Origin: Chiloscyllium plagiosum
Lineage: Eukaryota
Assembly: GCF_004010195.1 (NCBI RefSeq)
Contig: NC_057719.1
Location: 50,643,008-50,707,007 of the forward strand
Direction of reading: 5' to 3'
Length of the DNA stretch: 64,000 nt
Below the pieces are notes generated by a model. It was given only the letters and a program-made list of their open reading frames with translations. It was not told the DNA's origin and searched no databases. Every line of letters starts with the position of its first letter. Positions within the stretch are counted from its first letter, which is position 1. The translations under genes were made by a program, and so were the position numbers. Below, piece by piece: positions 50,860 to 62,826 of this stretch.

Positions 50860-52490
50860 TGCCCCTGTTGATTTATCACCCTAACCTCGTATGCCAGTTC
50901 ATTTCAGCTAGCTCAGCTTTCATGCCCACCTTATGTAAGTTTAAAATACTAGTCTTTGACTCAATGTTCTTCCTTCCAAACTGAATGTAAAATTCAGTCA
51001 TATTGTGGTCACTACTATCTCGGAATGCCTTTATTCTGATGTAACTAATCAGTCCACAAAAATAAGTCATATCACTTTGCTTATACAGTTTCTGTCATGA
51101 ATTCTTATTGTTTAATTAGTTATCCTGTCTGACCTGTGTCACAGATGTTGGGCTACCCTTCAAGGTCCCTAACAGTCCCATACTTTTCTGCACAGTGTTT
51201 CTTTATTTAAATGCTGCATATGGTTTCTATTAACTTATGTCGTCATATCCTTCAATATTCAAGACCCAATCCTTGTCATCCTGCAGTCATGCCTTTGTAA
51301 TGATCAGATTATAATTATTTATTTCAGTGTGCACTATCAATTTGTTTACTTTGTTATAAATGCTACATGCATTCAGATACAGACCTTTTACTTCTGATTT
51401 TTAATTACCTTTGTAACATGTAGTCTTGACTGTTCATCCATTCTTAGGCTATTTGTCTCTGTCCCTGTCTGCTATTCTGTGACTGTCATTTCCCATATTA
51501 CAAACTCCCTCTCTTAACTTGTCTTCAGGTAATAGTCTAGAGATTGTAAGCTTTGAGGTTCTGATTTTAAATTTAGTGCTCTCTATGCCAAACCACTTTC
51601 GTAGTTTCACTTGTTATTGGTATATACATGGACTAAGACAAGTGGAGGTTTCCCTTCCCTTTGCAAGTTCCTCTCCCAGCAGACACAGATGTCCAGAATA
51701 CCGACGGTCCAAAACACAGTCTGAAATGTTGCATTTTTGCTGCAGATAATGGTGTCAATCGTCTTCGATATAGTATCAAATATTGAATTTCCATACTGAA
51801 ATCCCCATCTCATCCATGGTGAAGAAGGCAAATGCTACATTGGCCTTCATAGTGAGAAGATTCAAGTACAGGAGCAAGGGTTGTCTTGCTGCAATTTTAC
51901 AGAGCTTCAATGAGACCATGCCTGGAGTAGTGTGCGCTGTTTTGGTCTTCTCAGCTGAGGAAGGATGCTCTGGTTATGGAGAGAGTGAACAAAAGAGTTA
52001 CCAGTCTGATTCCTCAGATGGCAGGACTGGTGTATGAAGAGGTACTGGAACAGTCAGAAAAGTGGGGGCGGTTGGGGGGGAGGTGGGGGTGGGTGGAGGT
52101 GAATCCTATAATATTCTAACAGGACTATACAAGGTAAATGCAGGAAAGATGAGAAAAATCCAGAAAGTGGTGAGTCTGTGGAATTCTCTGCCACAGAAAA
52201 TGGTTGAGGCCAAAACATTGACTATTTTTTTCAAGAAGGAGTTAGATATAGTTCTTAGGGCAAAAGGGATTAAAGCGGTGGGCTGAAAGCAGGAAGAGAG
52301 TACTGACTTGGACGATCAGCCATTATCATGTTAAATGGTGGAGCAGGCTTGAAGTCAAGTGACCTATTCTGAAGAAGGGCCTGTGCCCGAAACGTCGAAT
52401 CTCCTGTTCCCTGGATGCTGCCTGACCTGCTGTGCTGTTCCAGCAATAAAGTTTCAACCTATTCTTCCTCCTATTTTCTATGTTTCTATT
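50860..52490. mobile_element. Old CR1 fragments (minus about 50860-51700, plus 3' end about 51810-52490)
   Basis: SSDHNMTEF on the minus strand. VVSLWNSLPQKMVEA and the CR1 tail on the plus strand. Confidence 0.7.
52371..52456 (+). mobile_element. 86-bp Penelope pseudo-LTR (family P1) insertion with a 9-bp TSD
   Basis: ACCTATTCT at 52362-52370 and 52457-52465. The insert matches 62098-62183. Confidence 0.85.
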
Positions 52491-52609
52491 ACAGTAGCCT
52501 CCAAACGCTCTTACACTGCAGCCTTGACTCATCATCCAGAGTGCCTTTCATAATGAGTTGTAATTAATTATTCAGTAATATTATTCACATACTTATGTTG
52601 TCCTTCCAC

Positions 52610-52870
52610 CTAAAACAAGGTCAGAACATACATGGGAATGCAACCAACTTTAAGTTCACCTGCATGCCACTCATCATCCTGACTTTGAACTCCATATAGC
52701 AGTTCATTCACTGTTGCTGGGTCATAATTCTGGAACCCCCTTCCTAATGGTACTGTGGGTGTACAATGACTGTAGCAGTCCAAAAGGACAGCTTACCTCC
52801 GCCTGAAGGACATTTTATTTTAGGCAATAAATGCTGGCTTCATGAATGACATCCAAATCCTATGAAAGAA
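52610..52870 (+). mobile_element. LINE-B 3' end
   Basis: Homologous to 43420-43690. Confidence 0.75.
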
Positions 52871-54019
52871 TCAAAGACAAATATTTAGGGGAGAATCAAA
52901 GATGGAGGGGGCAATGGGATGTGAGAAGGACAAATGGGTATGAGGACACCATTGTCACTACAGGCCTTTCTGGATGGGCATCCGAATAATGGGTAATGAC
53001 ATCTTCTCAATGAAGTTTAGGAAATTCAGGTGTGTCTGTCCCTTCCTTGTTTGCTCCTGCTACCTGTTTCTGCAAGAAAGTGGCAAGTATGTTATTGAGT
53101 GTCAGATTCTGGGGCTATTAAATTTAGTCCTCAGAATTTTTATCAATAGCATGAAATATGGAATAAAGTAATATGATTAGGAGATATTGGCTTACCTCAC
53201 TTTTGTTCTTTCAATCCTTATTCATGATCATTGCAGGCTTCTGTTAGTGAAACACTAATCTGCTTTTCTGTTTTCCCTGTTTGTTAGCAATCTGTGCAGT
53301 TCATTTTCTATTGCTTCAACTAAACTTCATTTCATCCCATTGAAAATAATTTTTGCAATGCTATTTAATGAGAAATTTAAGTGAATTTATAGAATTCCTT
53401 GCATATTTATATATTTAAAGATGGAATTTTCTTTTTCGAGGAAAGAAATGTAAAAGTGTAATACTTTTAACAGTTGACAGCAAATGCGTTACACTTATTC
53501 TGAGGTCAATAATGTTTTTATTCAGTATGTTTGAAGAAAAGAAAACTTCTCAATTAACTCTTACGAGATTTCATTCCTTTCATCATTCATTGAAGGTTTG
53601 AAATACATTTTCATTTCATTGTAATCCAGAATGACTTTTTTACCAATAAAATATCCAATAATGCTGAGATTAAAATCAGTTTTGGTTTTCTAAAAGAACA
53701 TTGATAGTTTTAGACACAAGATGAATGTGTTTTGCTCATGCAGAAGTCTGACAATAGCTTTGTGTTCTTTCAATGCAACTATACATTGTTAGTTTTACAT
53801 CTATTTATTTTGCCACTGAAAAGAAATATGCTGCAGTTACTTTGTTAAAAAGTAAGAAGTAGAAGTGCATAAATTTGACATATTTAATGTGAATATGTGA
53901 ATGTATTTATTAACATTTTATTAGCTTATGAATATGCTTGTAGTAGTCCATAATTTTTTTTTGTCAACTTTTCTCATTTTTATCTACCAAAGCATAATCT
54001 AAAATCCTTTCAATTCCAG

Positions 54020-54246
54020 CTCAAACAGCCTACCTGTATTGGCAGACAGGCAAACTCCAGTCATTCTCAGAAGCCTTCGCTGCTTCAATCAGTAAAAGCA
54101 CCAATATCAATGTTTGAAGATGCTGAAAGAATTCTGCGTGAAGTGCAAACTAATAAGAAATTCATTGAAGAAAATCTGCATGCAATTGCTCAAGCAAAGG
54201 ACAGCACTTCTGTATATTCATTAATTGATTCTTTGGCTGCAGACAG
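54020..54246 (+). CDS. KIAA0586: Internal exon of TALPID3 (conserved coiled-coil/centrosome-localisation region)
   Basis: Acceptor ...ctttcaattccag| and donor AG|gtaagg. 227 nt, phase 0 to phase 2, no stop. Translates LKQPTCIGRQANSSHSQKPSLLQSVKAPISMFEDAERILREVQTNKKFIEENLHAIAQAKDSTSVYSLIDSLAADR, matching the remembered TALPID3 block [43 protein letters not shown]. Confidence 0.93.
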
Positions 54247-55189
54247 GTAAGGAAGGAATTTCTAAAAGGAAAATTGGTCAGTCCGACATGTCTGGGTTTA
54301 ATGCTTTTGGGGAAGTCTACTTTTTGTGCACAATGAAAAATATTGACGGATGCCTGTGTCAACCAAAAGTAGACTAAACGCACCATTTTGTTGCAGAGTT
54401 ACTACTGCTGTTCCTCAAATTTACTGAATGAAAATCATGAGTGTGACTATTTCTCATATCAGACGTCAGCATCTTCAGTAGTTTTGCCAAAATGAGGAAG
54501 TAGTATGATGCCCACCAGAAAATGAATTGTAATTGTGCAAACCAATTTCACCAAGCACTCTTACAGTTGGCAGGCAGGATGCTTTCTGAAACTAGAGAAA
54601 AGATTGGTTAATTTGCCAGTGTGCCATTTATTTTTCAAATAATACAAGTAGGACCAGTAAGTGTAAAAGTAAATTTACTGGAGTTGTGTGATATCTGAAA
54701 TAAAAAGTAAAAGAAACACTATAAATACACAGCAGATCTTCAAGATTCACGGAGTTACTGTTTGGTATGACCTTTCATCAGAATGGATATGTTATGAGGA
54801 GTGACAGACAATAAGGAAGTACCATGAAAGAAGGAACAAAAATGAAATGCCAAAAGGAATGAAATGAAAATGGAGATAGGGCAAGCAAAGGAACAGAAAA
54901 TGGGTTTAGAAGTGTAAATGATGATTGCAAAATTAATATCATCTGATATTTTAAAAAACATGAAGTTAGGATTATTATTTGAAATAGTTAAACTCATGTT
55001 ACTTTCTGAAAGCTGTAAAGTATCTAAGCAAAAGACGTTATTCTGTAAACACCTATTGAAAATACACTTCATTCAAATAGAATAGGAGTCAAGATAGACA
55101 TGAGCAGAGAATTAAAATTGTTGACAGGTTGAATGTTTGAACCTTAGGGACATGCTTGAGGGCTGAAAGGGTGTCCCACAAAATGATCA

Positions 55190-55805
55190 TCAGAAAGACG
55201 TTTGGCATGCTTGCCTTCATTGGCCAGAATGTTGAGTATGGGAGTGGGCATGTCGTGTTGCGGCTATATAAGGTATTGGTGAGGCCATTTTTAGAATACA
55301 TGAATTTTGGTCAATATGCTATAGGAAGGATGTTGTTAAAGTTGAAAGGCTTCAGAAAAGCTTTCCCAGGATGTTGCCAGGATTGTGGAGGTTTGAGCAA
55401 CAGGGAGAGGTTGAATAGACTGGGACATTTTACCTTAGATTGTAGGAGGCAGAGGGAAATCCATGCCCCTCATGATTTTATAAGGTGAATAGCCAAGATC
55501 ATTTCCCCAGGGTAGAGGTCCAAAACTAGAGGGCATAGGTTTAAGATGAGAGGGGAAAGATTTAAAAGGGACTGAAGAGACAGAGGATGATGGGTGAATG
55601 GAATAAGCTGTCAGAGGAGATGGTGGAGGCTGATTCGATTACAACATTTAAAAGACATCTGGATGGGTATATGTTTAGGAAAGGTTTAGAGAGATATTGG
55701 CCAAACGCTGGTAAATGGGACTAGATTAGTTTAGGATATCTGGTCAGCGTGGACCAGTTGAATTGAAGGGTCTGCTTCCATGCTGTATGACTCTGTGACT
55801 CTATT
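55190..55805 (+). mobile_element. CR1 3' fragment
   Basis: KTFGMLAFIGQ...LVRPFLEY and a gactctgtgactctat tail. Confidence 0.85.
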
Positions 55806-56517
55806 TGAACACAGGATCTCAGAACTGAGAGACAAGTCTAATGATGAGCAACACACCTCCATTTGCAATTGTTTTATGGGTTTGAGTATAACATCACTGG
55901 TTTCAGCAGTGACCTACATTTGCTTTTTAATTAATGTTCTGCTATCCCATTTGAAATTTCAAATAAATGGATGTTTTTATTGTTCACACCCCCCATTACA
56001 CATTAGGCATATATTTTCCTAATTCCCTAACTTAACAATTAATATAGCACCCTCCATTCTGTCTACAATTTATTATATCACCTAATTAGATTTGTTAGCA
56101 AATTGTCATACTGTTACCTTAATGCCCATGTTCAGATCATTTATGTAAATATCACTTATAAAGTCAAGCAATGCAGTTAATGGCAGAGAACTGCTCTATA
56201 ACATGCTAATTGGTTTTCATGATGAGTAATAACTGAAACTATTAAACAATACACCTTTTAATTGTGCAAAAATGAAAGGGAAAAAATAGCAACGTGAATC
56301 TTCAAGCTAATATTGTGCATATTGTGACTGTAATATCTTCAGTCTGAAAATTGTTGTTCCAAAAGAACAATTATCTGGAAATTCTTTGAGCAGACTCAAG
56401 CAACCTTTAGTATCATGTTAGTGTGACACTTTGGGACCAGATACATGGAAGATGCAGTACTTGGATAAATAAAACCTTTTTTTTAACTGCTTTAAATTAT
56501 ATTGTCATTGTTTTATG

Positions 56518-57550
56518 TTTGGATCAGAAGTTGGCGAGCTAAAAAAAGACAGAGGGTGGCAGTTGATGGGAAATGTTCATCTTGGAGTTCAGTTACTAGG
56601 GGTGTACTGCAAAGATTTGTTTTGGGGCCACTGCTGTTTGTCATTTTTCTAAATAACCTCAATGAGGTCATAGTAGGATGCGTTAGTAAATTTACAGATG
56701 ACACTAAGTTCGGTGAAGTTGTGGATACCGCTGAAGGATGTTGCAGGTTACAGAGAGGACATAGGTAATCTGCAGAGCTGGGCTGAGATGTAACAAATGG
56801 AGTTTAATACAGAAAAGTGTGAGGTGATTCACTTTGGAAGGAGCAACAGGAATAAGGTGTACTGGGCTAACAATTCTTGGTAGTGTGGATGAGCGGAAAG
56901 ATCTCATTGTCCATGTACATAGGTCCTTGAAAATCTTCACCCAGGTTGATAGGGTTGTTAAAAAGACATACAGTGTGTTAGCTTTTATTAGTAGAGGGAT
57001 TGTGTTTCGGAGCTACGAGGTCATGTTGCAGCTGTATAAATCTCTGGTGCGGTCGCACTTGGAGTTTTGCGTACAGTTCTGGTCACTGCATTTCAGGAAG
57101 GATGTGGAAGCTTTGGAGAGGGTTCAGAGGAGATTTATTAGGATGTTGCCTGGTATGAAGAGAAAGTCTGAGGGACTTGAGGCTGTTTTCGTTAGAGAGA
57201 AGAAGGTTGAGAGGTGACTTAATTGAGACATATAAATAATCAGAGGGTTAGATAGGGTGGACAATGAGAGCCTTTTTCCTTGGATGGCTTGCACGAGAAG
57301 ATAGAGCTTTAAATTGAGAGGTGATAGACATAGGACAGATGTCAGAGATAGTTCTTCACTCAGAGTAGTAGGGGTTGGAATGGCCTGCCTGCAACAGTAG
57401 TAAATTCTCCGGTTTTAAGGGCATTTAAATGGTCATTGGAAAGACATATGGATGAAAACGGAATAGTGTAGGGTAGGTGGGCTTCAGATTGGTTCCACAG
57501 GTTGGCACAACATCGAGGGCTGAAGGGCCTGTACTGCACTGTAATGTTCT
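56518..57550 (+). mobile_element. CR1 RT/3' fragment
   Basis: LGPLLFVIF, KFTDDTK, ALERVQRRFIRML and a 3' tail. Confidence 0.9.
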
Positions 57551-58067
57551 TATAGATATACTGTATATTTATATCCATGTCATGTTCTCATTCACACACT
57601 TGTAGTTATGCATTCTACTACCATTCTTTAATCCAAGAAATTCCAAAATGATTGAGTCCCAGGAATTCCTGACTGGAGAAATTGCAGTTTATTTTCCTTC
57701 TCAAAACTTTTATGGAACTTTTTTTGTATTTGATGACATTTTATTATTTTCTTTTCTCTCCCCCCACCACCTTTTATGTATTAGCCTTGCTTTGAAATGA
57801 CAGAAATTCTAGGTCACTGATGCACCCACATATTGTTATAACTGATCCTTGAACAGCCAGAATGTTAGTTGCTACAGATAAATGTGCTCATAAAAAATAA
57901 TGCATATGCAATTAACTATTGGAGTACCTTGATATGACAAGTCTTGACAGTTAATTGCATGCTGCTTTATCTTATATTTAACTTTACATCAGTAAGAATA
58001 GCACAATTGTGCAAAGGTGTTCAGTGTGATTGGTAAGAGTTAGCACAGAAATTTAGACATAACAGCA

Positions 58068-58800
58068 GTAAAGCTGGAGACACCCAGCAGGTTATGCAGC
58101 ACGGTGGAGAGAAAAACAGTTCGTATTTCAGGTCTGACCTTTCATCAGAATGGGAAATGTTAAAAATACAATAGGTTTAAGGAAGTGAATGGGGAGAGTT
58201 GACAAATGAACAAAATGTCAGGTCTGCAATAGGGCAGAATACAGAAAAGGTAACATAATAAAGGAGTTGGTGATACAGGGCCAAAAGGAGAAGGAATGGA
58301 ACAAGTAAAGAAATATGAGATGTGTCTGAAGGATGTGATTTCTTTCAGTCTCAACTCTAAGATCTTCTCCCCGTGTCTGGTCATTGTTCATGGATAAGCA
58401 CAGCTCTTCTGCTGCTCGCTGTTATTTTACAGTTTCAAGTTTCCTGGCTGGAACTGTCGTCTTCACAACATGAAGTGCAATGTCTCCACACCACTATCCT
58501 TCACAAGTTGGCCTGAGGAGCTTCTGCAATTTTCTTGAATGGTGGCCCAAGCGGTGTTTAGCCATCAGCCTGTGTCATTTCCGGTACTTCAAGCATTGTT
58601 ATCACCGACAAACACAGCTTCTACCTTTTCATCATTCCAAAGGGACTGCTCCATCTCTTGCCAACTCCTCAGTGGTTGTCAATGTCCACACCTCTGCCAA
58701 GGTACCTTTCTATCCAAGTGCAAGAGATTCAATACTTGCCTTTTCAGTGCCCTGCTGTTCATCATTCAATTCCGAAACATTCCTCCCAGATGAGTGGCGA
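58068..58800. mobile_element. Old Penelope-like remnant
   Basis: Minus-strand pseudo-LTR-like sequence (reverse complement ctgatgaaaggtcagacctgaaa) followed by decayed PLE-like sequence. Similar relics near 34120-34290 and 54700-54790. Confidence 0.5.
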
Positions 58801-59572
58801 TTTACCTATTTGCTTTTCAGTTTATTAAATGCTGCATGCGCCAACCTTAATGCATTCTGTTTTACACTAGGGACACGAGCATTGATTGGTGGCCACTTTG
58901 GAAAACAGAACCTTTGGTCCGCATACAGTAAATCCTCTGTATCTGCAAAATTACGAATCGTGAGTTTACCTATTCGCACCAAAAATATAAGTAACAACAA
59001 AATCAACATCAGCGGGTAAAACTCAGGAATCCGCAATTTTTAACTTTTTTTAAATGAGCTCTGCATCGTCAAATTTCATAATTCATGGAGATTCTCAGGA
59101 ATGGAACCCTCTCAGATATGGAGGAATGACTGTATGAGATCTTGAGCTTCTGGGTGCCAATCATTTTAATTCACTTTCTTGCTTTTATGCACATGCTGTT
59201 TTCTCAGCTTTACTCAGTATTTCAATGTAAGCTCTTTTGATTAGGCACTTGACAAGTTGGAGACTCAAGATGCAGTTCAAGCATTTCGGATTATAACTTG
59301 AGTCCCCATTTTATTTTCTGGCTTTGGCTTTATTCTCATTTTTGCTTACCATAACATCTGATAAAGGAGCCGAATTAAGTTATTTGGCACATTTAGTCTG
59401 CTCAACCATTCGGTCATGGCTGAAATGTTTTTGAAACCCATTGTCCAGCCTTGTTCCCGTAACTTTTGATCCCCTTACTAATTAAGAATGTATCTCTGTC
59501 TTAAAGACACTCAATAACTTGGCCTCCATATTCTTCTGTGGCAATGTTTGGTTATTTGCTCAGATGTATTTC

Positions 59573-59785
59573 ATAGAATCATAGAATCCCTACAGTGTGG
59601 AGGCAGGCCATTCGGCCCATCGAATCCACACTGTCCCTCCAAGGAGTTTCCCACCCAGATCCACCCCCTATCTTAACCTTGTAAACCTGCAAATCCCACT
59701 GCTAATCTACCTTAAATGCACATCCCTGAACACCATGGGCAATTTAGCATGGCCAATGCACCTAACCTGCGCATCTTTGGACTGT
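59573..59785 (-). mobile_element. HE1-like V-SINE, 5'-truncated
   Basis: Tail and the gggcaatttagcatggccaa block. Confidence 0.85.
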
Positions 59786-61013
59786 GATCTTTCTAAAGAT
59801 TTCTCAATGTAAGTGTAAGGATTGTGACTTCTGCTTTTAATGGATATTGGGTAAGTGTTTTGGGCCATTATGGGAGCCTATGGGGCATTACTAGAGGGGC
59901 CAAGTAGGTATCGCGATGTTAGGGCAAAGAGGGTAAGTGCCAGCGAACTTTACACTTATCTTCAGAACTGAGTCTTCATCTCAGAAAATGTAGGTGAGCC
60001 TTCCAACCTGGCAGTCTTGGCCGCGATCTGCCTCAACCCTCCTGCTGGAAGCAGCAGGTCTAGCTCCAGCCAGTCCCCAACTCAAAAGTCATGAAAATAG
60101 CTTTAGAGAGCACTGTAGTGGTCAAAATGGTACTGCAATGTTGGGAAATTTCCAATCTCCTATCCCATCTTTAAAAATGAAATCCAACCCATAGTATCCT
60201 ACCTGGATTGTAAATTTCAAACATTGAAGGTATTTTAAAATTTATTCATGGGATATGAATGAGCACGAAAGGACAGTGACATATTTCAAGTCAGGTGTGT
60301 GGCTTGGAGAGGTACCGGCAGGTGGCTTTGTTCCAAGGTTTTTGTTAGTCTTCGTCTCGGTGGTAAAACCGGTTTCGTGGATAGGTTGCCAGTCAAGTGG
60401 ACATTCACATGGACTTTGCTCTGGATGATGCTGCGTTTCTTGAGGATTGTTGACACTTATTCAGGCAGGTGGAGAGTGTTATATCACTGCTGACTTGTAC
60501 CTTTTAGATGTGGTCTGACACTGGGAACGTAGAAGGTGAGTTACTCACCACAGAATTCTGAGCCTTGGATTTGCTGTTGTAGTTACTGTATTTGTATTCC
60601 CAGTTTATTTTCTGGTCAATGGTAACTGCTTGGATGATGAATGTGGGGCATTTAGTGTCACAGTTCTGGGAAGGGGTAGCAATTTAAAACAGAGGTGAGG
60701 AGAAATTACTTCTCTCAAAGGGTCATAATCTGTGCATTTCACTATTCGGAGTACAGTGCTTGCCAGGAAGTTGAAAAAATTTTAAGGAGACGGTAGACAT
60801 ATTTTTAGTTAGTAATGAGTTGAAGAGTTATGGGGAATAGACAAGAAAGTGGAGTTGAGGCCAAGATGCGATAAACTATGATTGTACCATACGGCGGAGC
60901 AGGCTCGAGGGGCAGAATTGCTTAATCCTGCTCCTTGTTGTTATGTTCTTAAGATGTTGAAACTTTATTGGTGGAACAGCACAGCAGGTCAGGCAGCATC
61001 CAGGGAACAGGAG

Positions 61014-61049
61014 ATTCGACGTTTCGGGCACAGGCCCTTCTTCAGGAAT
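61014..61049 (-). ncRNA. Minimal type I hammerhead ribozyme motif (P1)
   Basis: Minus strand reads AUUC-CUGAAGA-A-GGGC-CUGU-GCCC-GAAA-CG-UC^GAAU. Confidence 0.75.
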
Positions 61050-62091
61050 GAGCAGAGTGTGTTCAGCAGGAGAAGATAAAAGGTAGGGAGGAGGGACTTG
61101 GAGGAGGGGCGTTGGAAATGTGATAGGTGGAAAGAGGTCAAGGTGAGGGTGATAGGTCGGAGTAGGATGGAGGCGGAGAGGTCAAGAAGAAGACTGCAGG
61201 TCAGGAAGGCGGTGCCGGGCGGGAGGGATCCGGCTGAGACAAGGGGGGGGGAGGGGGGATGAAAAAATTGGTGAAGTCCAAGTCCATCCCCTGCGGGGGG
61301 AGGGTTCCCAGTCGGAAGATAAGACGCTCCTCCTCCGACCATCGGGTTGTTGTGGTTTGGCGGTGGATGAGTCCAATGACCTGCATATCCTCGGTGGAGT
61401 GGGAGGGGGAGTGGAAATGCTGTGCTACAGGGTGGTTGGATTGGTTCGTCCGGGTGGCCCAGAGGTGATGTCCATATCCCTTGAATTAGTTTTTAAAACA
61501 TTTAACAGGTATGGGAATCTGCATTAACTTTGGGGGCTGAAATCACGGGTGCACCAGTCAAAGCAACTGACATTCCATCTAACCAAGACACCCAGTGGGT
61601 TTGAACTCTTGTACCTTATTTGAACACATCAGTCATGATTCTTCACCACTGGTCAAAAGCAGAATGTCACAGAGGGTCAGGCCATCACTGGAGACCCATG
61701 GAAATGATTCCTGACAGCATGAGTGAGGAAGGAGACTAGTTGGAGAGGACAGCAGTTGGAATATTGAGTGATTAAAAGCAGAGGAAATCCACAGCATCTC
61801 TGCACTCTTGGAAGAGCCCCTCTCCACCTCTGAGCCACAAAAATTTGACCCCCAAGTATTTCTTTCAGTGCTGTTTCTGATCACTGTGTACTTTGACTCT
61901 AGTTATGTTATGGGGGCATGTCGAGTTCAGGCCTTCCTGACCTGTAGTCTTCTTCTTGACCTCTCCGCCTCCGTCCTACTCCGACCTATCACCCTCACCT
62001 TGACCTCTTTCCACCTATCACATTTCCAACTCCCCTCCTCCAAGTCCCTCCTCCCTACCTTTTATCTTCTCCTGCTGAACACTCTCTGCTC

Positions 62092-62127
62092 ATTCCTGAA
62101 GAAGGGCCTGTGCCCGAAACGTCGAAT
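62092..62127 (+). ncRNA. Minimal type I hammerhead ribozyme motif (P1)
   Basis: AUUC-CUGAAGA-A-GGGC-CUGU-GCCC-GAAA-CG-UC^GAAU. Perfect 4-bp stem I and 4-bp stem II. Predicted cleavage after C62123. Confidence 0.78.
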
Positions 62128-62826
62128 CTCCTGTTCCCTGGATGCTGCCTGACCTGCTGTGCTGTTCCAGCAATAAAGTTTCAACTTTGATCTCCAGCAT
62201 CTGCAGACCTCACTTTCTCCCCCATGTTCTTAAGATGCCATTGAATGGCAAAGAACAATGGTTAGATTCTCTCCTGATGAACTGGGTGAGACTCTATCCA
62301 ATGGAGAGATTTCCTCCAATTCCTGTTGACTGCATTTTTGCAGGGTTCCTTGATGTAATAGTAAATCAATTGTTGCTTCAAAGACAAGGGCAGTCACTCT
62401 CCACTCATCTCTAGAGATCAACTCTTTCATCTGTGTTTGCGCCAAGTTTGTAATAAGCTCAAGAACTGAGTGACCTTGATAGAAACTCCTCCCATTAGTC
62501 AATTGCTCTCAGTCACTTAGGGCTGGAAGTAGCAGGATTGCAGAGCTTGGACCTGATCCTTTGGCTGAGACATTTCCCTGCCTTATTGGTAATGGTAGAG
62601 TGGGGGATATTCTAGCCAATCAGGTTATTGATTGTGGTTGGAAACAGATCTGCGCTGTTGATGGCTCACATTGCCTTATGGATGCCCAGCTTTGAGTTGG
62701 TAGATCTGTTCAAGAATTTATCATGGTGTTCGTGCCATTTAATGTGATGGAGGATTTACAATGTGAAGACAAGACTTCGCTTCCACAAGGACTATGCTGT
62801 GGCCACTGCGGATACTATCATGGATG

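Larger units (their letters stand above)
60957..62223. mobile_element. Composite Penelope-like insertion (P1): inverted 3' ends around unrelated DNA, 14-bp flanking direct repeat
   Basis: ATGTTCTTAAGATG at 60943-60956 and 62224-62237. Minus copy about 60957-61467 (EEERLIFRLGTLPPQGMDLDF). Plus copy 61931-62223. Confidence 0.85.

Noticed and set aside
58480..59019. 179-aa ORF
   Set aside because: Overlaps decayed PLE-like sequence, with no splice or homology support.
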